Below are positions 1 through 8,282 of a DNA stretch of 30,603 nt, piece by piece. Position numbers and translations under genes: made by a program. Numbering within the stretch: the first letter of the stretch is position 1; each line of letters starts with the position of its first letter. Origin of the DNA: Candidatus Moanibacter sp. (GTDB lineage: Bacteria > Verrucomicrobiota > Verrucomicrobiia > Opitutales > UBA2987); the NCBI GenBank assembly GCA_965215885.1, contig CBDCEW010000022.1:1-30603 (forward strand), read 5' to 3'. The notes below the pieces were generated by a model that worked only from the letters and a program-made list of their open reading frames with translations, was not told where the DNA came from and searched no databases.

Positions 1-64
1 GATAAAGACATAGCCTTCATTCCGCTCAGAGCGTGGACTACTGAGCAGTTAGAATGGAGACAAC

Positions 65-1353
65 ATGTCAAAGAAACTACCGGAGAATCCGGACCTCGAA
101 CAGCTCAGGGCGCAGGCCAAGGAGCTCTTAAAAGCGGCTCGCTCAGGAGATAGGGCCACAATTGTCAGATTCGAGAACTATCAACTGGGAGGCGAACGCG
201 GGAAGCTACAGCTTGCGGACGCACAGCTTCTCCTCTCGCGCGAGTATGAGTATTCCAGTTGGCGGGAGCTTAAGCGTCATGTGGATCACCTTAGCGGCGA
301 GCGGCCGACACTGTTAGAGACGGCGATCCTCCAGGAGGGATGTCCAGTTGCTGGAATCGCTTCTGGGGGAAGATCCCACTCTTGTGCGGCAACCGCGGAA
401 GTGGAAAGCGCGCAAGCAAGCCTTTAAGCCGATGACATTCGCTTGCAATTTCCGCAAACTGGAATCGGCGCGAACGCTCCTGAAACACGGGGCAGATGCG
501 AGAGAGGATCAGAATTATCCCCTTTTCCGCGCCGGGCTGGCTGATGATCAGGAAACTCTGTTGGATCTGCTCCTCGAGAATGGAGCGGATGTGAATGCGG
601 TCGGACTGAGCTTCGACGGGACCGATTGGGGTCCTGTGGTCCTTGGCGCGTGCGAGACGCTCGCGCCTTCTGCCTTGCGATGGTTCATCGACAACGGCGC
701 CGACGTGGATTTCTTCTACGAGCGCGCCAACGGCAATGTGTTGAATTGCGCGGATATGCTGATCAAGGACCTACGTCCGACGGCCGGCGAAACGCGCGGA
801 ATGCATGCGGGCTTTGTTCGATGCTGGAGTACGGATACCCGAAACGCCGTTCACAGCGTTGATGGCAAGAGACTACGAACGCCTTGATCGGGATCTGAAG
901 AAGGATTCAAAATTGCTGGAGCGTCGCTGGAACCTCGATGAGTTGCTGCCGGAGCCATTCGGGTACGACGCCGACAGCGATTTCACACAGGTCGATCGGA
1001 CTACGCTTCTACACATCGCGATTGAGCAACACGATCTCGAGTTCGCGCAGGAACTACTCGATCGGGGTGCCGACGTAAACGCGCGCGCGAAAGACCTTGA
1101 GGACGGCTCGGGCGGGCATACCCCTCTGTTTCATGCTGCGGTGGCGAACACAACCAGCGCCGGCGGGAGCCGGGCGCGTGTCGAGTTTCTGCTTGAACGC
1201 GGCGCCGATCCGACCATTCGGGCCAATCCGCGCCATCGAAAAATGCACGGAATTGACGGCTTCGCCGGCACGATCGAGAAGGATATTACTGCAAGCGAGT
1301 GGGGTTCGCGATACGTGGATCAGCAGCCGTGGATCGACGCTTTTGTGTTTTAG
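65..1353 (+). CDS. Ankyrin-repeat protein with N-terminal LPxxPxLExLxxQAK...ADAQ...REY..SW domain; split by two frameshifts (~338, ~768)
   Basis: GGAGA RBS before ATG 65. ORFs 65-427, 348-887 and 805-1353 join into one protein across the frame changes. Ankyrin motifs: LLKHGAD, LLENGADVNA, TLLHIA, LLDRGADVNA, GHTPLFHAA, LLERGADP. Confidence 0.85.
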
Positions 1354-1528
1354 GAGCTGTCTTCAGGAGATTTTAGCGAAAGCAATGAAGACGATACAAC
1401 TGGAACGTGACCTTCGACACAAAGATCCTGTCACCAGAGATATGGCTTAAGTGACGGCTGAGACTGTACCAGCGCTCGCCGTAAAATTCGCCATTGTCCA
1501 GGCAGATTGTATCACTAAAGAATCACTC

Positions 1529-1760
1529 ATGAAGGTCGAACTGGTCACTACACTTAAACGCCGCGCAACGGTTAGTCAGGAAAGCATTTGAAAAATTTGA
1601 TCAGTTGCCGAAAATTCCAGAGTCGGGCACACGCCCGAAGGACCTTGCAGGGACGCCTTACCGCAAGCTCACTGTAAAGCCCCTTTTGCTCTACTACCGA
1701 TTCGACGGGCATAGGGTATGGGTTGTCCATGTTACGCGTGGAGAGAGGTTGGACGGCTGC
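1529..1760 (+). pseudogene. Collapsed type II toxin-antitoxin remnant: Phd/YefM antitoxin 5' end joined to the C-terminal half of a RelE/ParE toxin
   Basis: ATG 1529 gives MKVELVTTLKRRAT (Phd/YefM-like start). From 1572 another frame reads LVRKAFEKFDQLPKIPESGTRPKDLAGTPYRKLTVKPLLLYYRFDGHRVWVVHVTRGER (RelE/ParE-like). Confidence 0.7.
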
Positions 1761-1999
1761 CGAACTGGGACTCCCACGGGCATGACAAGATCTTTTTCAT
1801 GATCCCTGAGAACCTGGCGGAGCGAAGAAGCGGCGGGGGAGAAACGGATCCGTCTTCGCTGCGCTTCGCCGAGACGAACGGACGGAGAGACGGAGAGACA
1901 GTTTTGAACGATCTGAGAAGGTGGCTGGGAATACTTTGGTACCCTCGTCGCGAACCTTGTCGACTCTATCGAGCAGAACAATATAAACTTCGAGTCTCT

Positions 2000-2126
2000 T
2001 TCTGTCATTGCGAGGTCTGGCCGACGGGTCTGCCGTACGGCAGACTGGCAATCCAGCAGGGGGTTCGATGTTCCAGCCGTGTTTTGGATCGCCGCGCCTC
2101 CCTGCGGTTGGCTCGCGATGACAGAA
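2000..2126. repeat. GTCATTGCGA...TCGCRATGAC palindromic REP/MITE-like element, copy 1
   Basis: Terminal IR ttctgtcattgcgag (2000-2014) / ctcgcgatgacagaa (2112-2126); inner ggcaatcca / tggatcgcc; related copy at 19538-19626. Confidence 0.8.
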
Positions 2127-2137
2127 TGGAACAGGAC

Positions 2138-2165
2138 TTGACAGAAATTGATCTCGCACTACCTT
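2138..2165 (+). promoter_or_regulatory. Sigma70-type promoter of the aspS leader
   Basis: TTGACA (2138-2143), 16 nt, TACCTT (2160-2165). Confidence 0.65.
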
Positions 2166-2176
2166 TTCGCCCCACA

Positions 2177-2260
2177 GTGATCAATCAGGTAATCAGCACG
2201 CTCAATAATAATACAGCGAACGGTGATGCTAACCGTAACGCCCACTTGAGCGTGCCCTGA
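2177..2260 (+). CDS. Putative Asn-rich attenuator leader peptide (27 aa: MINQVISTLNNNTANGDANRNAHLSVP)
   Basis: GTG 2177 to TGA 2260; 7 Asn codons including AAT AAT AAT (2204-2212) and one Asp codon; lies between the promoter and the terminator upstream of aspS. No SD seen. Confidence 0.7.
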   Translation: MINQVISTLNNNTANGDANRNAHLSVP

Positions 2261-2321
2261 CGATAGTCTGAACAAGAATTTGAAGATGAACCGTCGTGAG
2301 CGCGCTTACGGCGGTTTTTTT
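2196..2321 (+). promoter_or_regulatory. Transcription attenuator with alternative helices 1:2, 2:3 and 3:4
   Basis: 1:2 is gcacgctcaa 2196-2205 / ttgagcgtgc 2246-2255 (perfect 10 bp). 2:3 is 2247-2255 with 2300-2308 (9 bp, 2 G-U) plus 2260-2264 with 2293-2297. 3:4 is the terminator. Confidence 0.75.
2289..2321 (+). terminator. Intrinsic terminator in the aspS 5' leader
   Basis: Stem aaccgtcgtgag (2289-2300) / cttacggcggtt (2305-2316), loop cgcg, T7 run 2315-2321, ending 28 nt before the aspS ATG. Confidence 0.85.
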
Positions 2322-2349
2322 ATGTACCGATCAAAATATGGAGGCAGTC

Positions 2350-4117
2350 ATGCACAGATATCGCACACATACATGCGGTGAACTCCGCGAGGAACACGCC
2401 GGTCAGATCGTTCGCCTGAGCGGCTGGGTAGACCGAAAGAGGGATCATGGATCTCTGCTCTTCCTGGACCTCCGCGATGAATACGGAATAACGCAAGTGG
2501 TATTCTCACCCGATCACAGTTCTAGCGAACTGGCGGGTAGAGTGCCCAAAGAGTCTGTCATAACCGTGGCAGGCGAAGTTTCCGTCAGATCTCTTAATAA
2601 CCGAAACGAGAACATGGCCACAGGGGAGATTGAGCTGGCGGTGACCCAATTCACTCTGCTCTCGGAGGCTGACCCGCTCCCTTTTCCAGTGGCAGATGAG
2701 CTGCATGTCCAGGAATCTACTCGCTTGCGGTATCGATTTTTGGATCTTCGCCGGGCCGGGATGCACCACCGTATCCAGTTCAGATCACAAGTGATTTCCA
2801 GTATTCGACGGCGCATGATAGAGATGGGATTTACCGAGTTTCAAACTCCCATCCTCACCAACAGTTCTCCGGAAGGCGCCCGCGACTACCTCGTGCCGAG
2901 CCGGCTCCATCCCGGTTGCTTTTACGCGCTTCCGCAGGCGCCTCAACAGTTCAAGCAGCTCCTGATGGTCTCCGGCTTTGACCGCTACTTTCAGATTGCA
3001 CCCTGTTTTCGCGACGAGGACGCCCGTGCTGATCGCTCCCCGGGGGAATTTTATCAGCTCGACCTCGAGATGGCATTTGTCGAACGGGAAGATGTATTTT
3101 CAGGTCGTCGAGCGGCTTTTCCACGGTCTATTTCGCGAGCTGAGCGATTGGAAAGTGACGGAACCTCCGTTTCGACGCATCTCTTACGCAGACGCCATGT
3201 TGCGGTTTGGCACGGACAAGCCGGACCTGCGTTTCGGCCTTGAAATTCAGGACCTCACCGACCTGTTTGGAAGCTCCAATTTCCGGCGATTTAGAGAAAT
3301 CGTCGACGATGGCGGTGTCGTTCGTGCCCTCTGTGTCCCCGGAGTAGAGAGTCAACCGCGATCATTCTTCCAAGGCCTCGAGGACTTCATTGTGGACCGT
3401 GGAGGCGCTGGATTGGCCTATCTCCTTTGCTCTCCAGATAGTGTGAAGGGAACGATCGCGTCCGCCCTCAACCGGACGCTGACCGCCCGCATTCTGGAGA
3501 AGACCGGAGCTTCTCCAGGTTGGGCCGTGCTGTTTATTGCCGGAGAGGAGGTGATTACCGCTACACTGGCCGGCCAACTGCGTCTTCACCTCGCCGACTT
3601 GCTGCATTTACGACAGGACCGCACCTTTGAGTTCTGCTGGGTCGTGGACTTTCCGATGTATGAATGGGACGCTGAGCTTGATCGCATCACATTTTCACAT
3701 AATCCCTTCTCCATGCCCCAGGGCGGAATGGCGGCACTCGAGTCTCGGTCACCGCTGGAGATCAAGGCGTTTCAGTACGATATTGTTTGCAACGGTTTGG
3801 AGCTCTCGAGCGGCGCCATCCGCAACCATCGGCCGGACATCATGTATAAAGCCTTCGAGATCGCGGGTTACTCCGCCGATGAGGTGGACCGCAAATTTGG
3901 CGGGATGATTCGAGCCTTTCGCTACGGTGCCCCGCCCCACGGTGGAATTGCCCCTGGTATCGATCGCATCGTCATGCTCCTGGCCAACGAGCCCAACATC
4001 CGCGAAGTAATCGCGTTTCCAATGAGCCAGAACGCGCGGGATCCCCTAACGGGCGCACCCGGTAAAGTGTCGTCTGAACAGTTGCAAGCCCTCCACATCG
4101 CGGTCGCGGATCTCTAG
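2350..4117 (+). CDS. aspS: Aspartate--tRNA(Asp/Asn) ligase, non-discriminating type; one extra T at 3097-3100
   Basis: GGAGG RBS. Motifs [99 protein letters not shown]. Removing one T restores EDVFQVVE. RDHG and PPHGG are signatures associated with ND-AspRS. Confidence 0.95.
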
Positions 4118-4463
4118 CGAAGCGTAGCCGCCCTGCGACGGGCTCAGGACCCTGAGGCTCTCAAACGGGCAACCAAACTGGTAGGCCCTTCCACGCTGAA
4201 GAGATTCGATTCCCGGCGAGCCGGGAGAAACAGAGAGAAACGGGGAGGAACAGAGAGGAATAAAAGGGGAAAAGTTGCCCACGGATGGCTCCGCAGTACC
4301 ACGGATGGGGAATGAATCGGTAGGGCTGCCATCTGAGAAATCTGTGGCCCATTGAGGAATTTTACTACTCATGAGCAATTTTGAAGAGCTTTCGGAAGGC
4401 TATATTGCCGAGCCGGCGGTCGTGATTAGTGAACAGTGGATTCAGGTGTGGAGAAAAAGGAAG

Positions 4464-4491
4464 TTGCAAAAGCGGTAGAAAGCTCCATTCT
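4464..4491 (+). promoter_or_regulatory. Possible sigma70-type promoter for the second ankyrin gene
   Basis: TTGCAA (4464-4469), 16 nt, CATTCT (4486-4491). Confidence 0.35.
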
Positions 4492-4521
4492 GGATTTCCA
4501 GTGCTTCAGGGGAAGCCTCCT

Positions 4522-4610
4522 CGTCCGCGGCAAGGGCTATGCCCACCCCGTTATTGATGGTTAAGAACTATCCTTCCTGCCTACGGAAGCGGACGCCTGG
4601 CAAATTCAGG
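4522..4610 (+). promoter_or_regulatory. Candidate structured 5' leader RNA
   Basis: Closing helix cgtccgc 4522-4528 / gcggacg 4589-4595; inner ggcaagg / ccttcctgcc; small hairpin cctg...cagg (4596-4610) next to the RBS. The 3' half resembles positions 4-40 before the first ankyrin gene. Confidence 0.45.
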
Positions 4611-4623
4611 AAAGGACATAGTT

Positions 4624-5508
4624 ATGACCATGACTAAGAAAATACCTGCCGAGCCTAGCTTGGAGTATTACAAGAACCAGGCAAAGGCGCTCGTAAAGGA
4701 CCATAAGTCGAGGAAACCCGCAGCTCTTCGACGGATCCGCGACTTTCACCCCGATCACACGTCATCGCCGGAACGGGCTCTATTTACTTCAGAGGTGACG
4801 GTTCGCGACGCGCAGCTCGTAATAGCGAGAGAACATGGGTATCCCTCATGGGTTCGATTCAAGAGTGATGTCGTAGGGCGCATCTACTTACCCAAACTGT
4901 TCGAGGCAATCGAGAGGAGCGATACGTCAGGCGTGCGCGACATTCTCCGGAATCATCCCGAAATCGTCTCATTGAAACAAGATGGAGCGACTGCATTGCA
5001 CATTGCGGCCGCAGCAAACAACCGCGAAGCGGTCGATATATTGCTGGCCTACGATGCTGATCCCGACGTTCGCGACGATAAGTATGATGCGCTTCCGAGA
5101 GCGTGGGCTCACGAGTGCGGGCATACGGACTTGGCAAGACACATGGTGGCCGAGTCCAGTTCGGATGATTTGCAGCGCGCCGCCGGGTTCGGCATGACCG
5201 CCGAAGTAAAGATCAATCTGGATGAGGATCCTTCTCGCATTGATGAGGTAAGCGGGTACGGAACCGCGCTTCATTACGCGTGCCTTTGGGGATATCCGGG
5301 GGTTGCCGCGCTTCTGCTCGAGCGCGGCGCAGATCCGAATCTCACCACATGTAATGGTGATTCGGCGTTGGCGATAGTGAGGAATCAGATCGATTCAGGC
5401 GGCAAGCAAACTCCTCGGGCTTCAAAGGAGCGACGCCATGAAATCCTGGAGGGCTGCCGAGAGATCTATCAGATTCTTTTGGGTGATGGTGAAGGAGGCG
5501 ATCGATGA
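4624..5508 (+). CDS. Ankyrin-repeat protein with the same N-terminal domain as 65-1353
   Basis: AAGGA RBS; IPAEPSLEYYKNQAK...RDAQLVIAREHGYPSW; GATALHIAA, GTALHYACLWG, LLLERGADPN. Confidence 0.9.
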   Translation: MTMTKKIPAEPSLEYYKNQAKALVKDHKSRKPAALRRIRDFHPDHTSSPERALFTSEVTVRDAQLVIAREHGYPSWVRFKSDVVGRIYLPKLFEAIERSDTSGVRDILRNHPEIVSLKQDGATALHIAAAANNREAVDILLAYDADPDVRDDKYDALPRAWAHECGHTDLARHMVAESSSDDLQRAAGFGMTAEVKINLDEDPSRIDEVSGYGTALHYACLWGYPGVAALLLERGADPNLTTCNGDSALAIVRNQIDSGGKQTPRASKERRHEILEGCREIYQILLGDGEGGDR

Positions 5509-5993
5509 GACAAGAAACAAAAGCAAAGCAAGCGAGATTCCAGCCCTACCACGAGGAGTTCGAATTCCTGGTTAAAGCAATGAAGAAGCCGGCCTCGGCG
5601 AAGGACTGGAATTTCGAAGCGGCGATGTATGGTAAGCCCAAAATTCGTGGTGCCTCCGTTCGGATGTGGAAGACGCTTTGGCCTGAGGCGCTCCATTTTG
5701 AAAGTTGGATCGGCAATGCCGACATCGAACGCGGTAGCGCTTCGCTCGCGTTCCATATTGAGACCTCTCTTGCGGAGTTTGGGGTGCGGCGCAACGAGTT
5801 CAATCGGGAGTTGATTGAGCAGGGTGCGGAGTTGATGGACAACTGGGAGAGGTGGGCCCTCTCACCAAAGTCGTTCCAGACCGGCAAGCGGCATGTTCCA
5901 TTCAAGAAGGGCAGGGTAGTGCAGGCTTTGAAGCCCGAGTTTTCCCGGTTGCGGCGTTTGGGTAAACTGATCGACGGATTGCTTAATCTGTGA
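5505..5993 (+). CDS. Hypothetical protein (162 aa)
   Basis: ATGA overlap with the upstream stop and GGAGG RBS; family not recognised. Confidence 0.7.
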   Translation: MRQETKAKQARFQPYHEEFEFLVKAMKKPASAKDWNFEAAMYGKPKIRGASVRMWKTLWPEALHFESWIGNADIERGSASLAFHIETSLAEFGVRRNEFNRELIEQGAELMDNWERWALSPKSFQTGKRHVPFKKGRVVQALKPEFSRLRRLGKLIDGLLNL

Positions 5994-5997
5994 CGCG

Positions 5998-6588
5998 ATG
6001 TGGGCAAAGAAACGGATGGGCCTGGATAGAGACGAACAATACCAATCGACCAACAGACTGATCATAGTCTGTGGACTCTCTTTCGCCGGCAAGTCAACGC
6101 TGGGCGATGCGATATGCGACAGCTACGGGTTTATTCAGGTCGACGTGGACGAGACGAAAGTAGAGCTGTTCGGAGAAGCCGTCAGCTTTGAGGAATTGAG
6201 CCGGGAGAACTGGAACGAGATTTACAGGGCAACAGATGATAAGATCGTGAATCTTCTGCGATCCGGGAACAGCGTCGTGGATGCGTCGCGGGATTTCCGA
6301 AAAGTCGAACGAGACGGTGCAAGAGGTATTGTCGAAAAGGAGAATGCTGAATCGGTGGTCATCTATGTCGATACCCCTGAATGGTTAGCGCGTCTGCGCA
6401 GGGCCGAAAACCGGGACAATCAAACAAGGACTGATATCAGCGTCGAGGAGTTCGAGGAGATCATTTCCGTCATGGAACCGCCAACGCCTAATGAAAAAGC
6501 GTTCGTTTTCAAGTACGACGATGACATCACGAATTGGCTTGGGAGGTATGGAGACTGTCTTTCGGGCGAGCGGCATTTTCCCTCGTGA
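5998..6588 (+). CDS. P-loop kinase-like protein (AAA_33-type)
   Basis: Walker A IIVCGLSFAGKST, SVVDA, VIYVDTP, MEPP; the start may be ATG 6016. Confidence 0.85.
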   Translation: MWAKKRMGLDRDEQYQSTNRLIIVCGLSFAGKSTLGDAICDSYGFIQVDVDETKVELFGEAVSFEELSRENWNEIYRATDDKIVNLLRSGNSVVDASRDFRKVERDGARGIVEKENAESVVIYVDTPEWLARLRRAENRDNQTRTDISVEEFEEIISVMEPPTPNEKAFVFKYDDDITNWLGRYGDCLSGERHFPS

Positions 6589-6636
6589 TCATACTGACTC
6601 CTGGGAAGTACTTAGCGCAGTGAAGCCGCGGCAATT

Positions 6637-6672
6637 CGACAAGGTTCGCGACAAGGTTTGCGACGAGGTTTG
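6637..6672 (+). repeat. Triple tandem CGACRAGGTTYG repeat
   Basis: cgacaaggttcg cgacaaggtttg cgacgaggtttg; reverse-strand relative at about 1944-1965 (cctcgtcgcgaaccttgtcgac). Confidence 0.7.
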
Positions 6673-6686
6673 CTTCGCTTAACGGA

Positions 6687-6920
6687 ATGGAACTTCCGAG
6701 ATCCAAGTATGCCGTATTCACCCATGTCGGGTCTCCCATATCGATGCTGGAAGATACGATCCGGCCGGCATGCGATTGGCTGAAAGCATCCCAATACCGA
6801 ATGAACGGTCCGTTCGATGTAGAGCACGAGGGCGAGGATTTTCTGGATAACGGCCGAAATCCGAAGTCAAAGTCTTACTTCTGGTTGCCTGTTATTGAAA
6901 AATGCGGAGAGAATACTTAA
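6687..6920 (+). pseudogene. C-terminal fragment of a GyrI-like (effector-binding) domain protein
   Basis: LPRSKYAVFTHVG...DWL...PFDVE...FWLPV matches the second half of the GyrI-like fold; the N-terminal half is absent. Confidence 0.65.
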
Positions 6921-6972
6921 CCGCGGAGCTCGCGGAGGGTCTAGCGCACCATAGCCGCAACATAGAAAGAAG

Positions 6973-7008
6973 AAGAGAACCGCAGATGGACGCAGATGGA
7001 CGCGAATG
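6973..7008 (+). repeat. Intergenic repeat family A, copy 1
   Basis: aagagaaccgcagatggacgcagatggacgcgaatg. Confidence 0.85.
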
Positions 7009-7209
7009 CAGGAGGAAACTCCTACTTACCTTGGGTAACCTCGTCGCAGATCCCGCTGAGCGGGATCCCGAACCCTGTCCATCTCGGCAAAGCGCAGCGA
7101 CGAAGTGTCGATCGTAATCCTTTGATTACCAATATTTTCTGCGCATAAGCCTGCCCAAAAAACTAAGTTCTGACGGATAGCAATACAGAGAGAAATGATG
7201 AAGGAGAAC

Positions 7210-7779
7210 ATGGAGAAACAATCTGGATCCAACGACCCCTCGTTTGCCGACAGAGTCATTAGTTTGATTAACGACGGCTGGCTAGATCGCAGGGAAGAGC
7301 GGTTGACCGAGGCGAGAGAGAAGCTGACAGAGGCAGCCTCACTTTGCCGCCAGGCCGGTGATCAGGACAGATTGGTATTGGCACTGGGAAAGCTCGGCCA
7401 CGTCGAGACAGATTCAGGGAACGAAGATGCAGCCATTAAGGTGTACGAGGAAGGGGTCGCTCTCTGCCGTGAAAAGGATGATGGTCTGGCGCTGGCGCAC
7501 AAGATTCGGCACCTCGGTGATATCCATCGACGCGCAGGACGACTGGATGAAGCCGAAAGATGCTACGACGAGGCGCTTGCTCTCTACCGAAATCATAGTG
7601 GTCCCCCGACCCTCGATTTTGCGAACGCGGTTCGGCCCATGGCGATCCTTCAGGAGGAGATGGGAAAGGATGAAGAGGCGAAGCCACTGTGGCGGGAAGC
7701 GCGAGACCTCTACGCAGCCGTCGATGCGCCGGTCGGTGTTGCGGAATGTTCCAGACGGCTTGCGCGACTTGATAGATAG
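7210..7779 (+). CDS. Tetratricopeptide-repeat protein
   Basis: AAGGAG RBS before ATG 7210; ALGKLGHV, LGDIHRRAGRLDEAERCYDEALALYR. Confidence 0.85.
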   Translation: MEKQSGSNDPSFADRVISLINDGWLDRREERLTEAREKLTEAASLCRQAGDQDRLVLALGKLGHVETDSGNEDAAIKVYEEGVALCREKDDGLALAHKIRHLGDIHRRAGRLDEAERCYDEALALYRNHSGPPTLDFANAVRPMAILQEEMGKDEEAKPLWREARDLYAAVDAPVGVAECSRRLARLDR

Positions 7780-7930
7780 GCTTAATACTGGTTATGCCGG
7801 ACACTTGTAAGGCTGATAAGACAGAAGAGGGGTCACAGAGGGCCCTGGCGCAACCTGGCCGGAACCGAAGAAGCGGAGGGGGAGAAAAGGAGACGCGGAG
7901 AGAGGGTGAGGGAATGAACCCCACTGATTC

Positions 7931-7966
7931 AAGAGAACCGCAGATGCACGCCAATAGACGCGAATG
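7931..7966 (+). repeat. Intergenic repeat family A, copy 2
   Basis: aagagaaccgcagatgcacgccaatagacgcgaatg. Confidence 0.8.
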
Positions 7967-7988
7967 AAGAAGAATCTGCCGCGGATTC

Positions 7989-8053
7989 GTCCCGCTGAGC
8001 AGGATTTTTCTGTCCAATCAATGGGTCCTAAAGAAGAGTCTGCTCAGCGGGAC
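7989..8053. repeat. Small element with a 14-bp inverted repeat
   Basis: gtcccgctgagcag (7989-8002) / ctgctcagcgggac (8040-8053); ccgcggatt on both sides; related hairpin gatcccgctgagcgggatc at 7049-7067. Confidence 0.65.
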
Positions 8054-8087
8054 CGCGGATTGATTGAAGAGGAAGTTCCCGACGGCC

Positions 8088-8265
8088 TAGAAAATTGGGA
8101 GGACTCGACTTCGGCTCGCACGTAGCGCGGTGCAAAGTGGTCAGAGAAGCATTTGCAAGAGCGAGACCTGACTCTGAGCCAAGAGAAAACGCTCTCGTAA
8201 ATGCTTCTCTGACCACTTTGCACTCTGCCATAGAGCAGGCGAAGTCGAGTCCTCTCAATTTTCTA
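8088..8265. repeat. 178-bp long imperfect inverted repeat (MITE-like or structured RNA)
   Basis: Arms tagaaaattgggaggactcgacttcg...gtgcaaagtggtcagagaagcatttgcaagagcg / cgctctcgtaaatgcttctctgaccactttgcac...cgaagtcgagtcctctcaattttcta. Confidence 0.85.
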
Positions 8266-8282
8266 CTTCTCCAAGTGCCATT

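Noticed and set aside
1718..2176. 180-aa ORF 1718-2260 as a real protein
   Set aside because: It runs through repeat elements and the promoter; only the last 27 codons make sense, as the leader peptide.
2170..2330. T-box riboswitch upstream of aspS
   Set aside because: No T-box consensus (GGTGGNACC) before the terminator and no recognisable stem I; a leader peptide explains the layout better.
3097..3100. aspS as a true pseudogene or programmed frameshift
   Set aside because: It is a single extra base in a T run with both halves intact, and similar indels occur in several other genes, so sequencing error is more likely; needs reads to confirm.
4371..4478. Short ORF MSNFEELSEG... as a gene remnant
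   Set aside because: 35 codons with no diagnostic motif; cannot be assigned.
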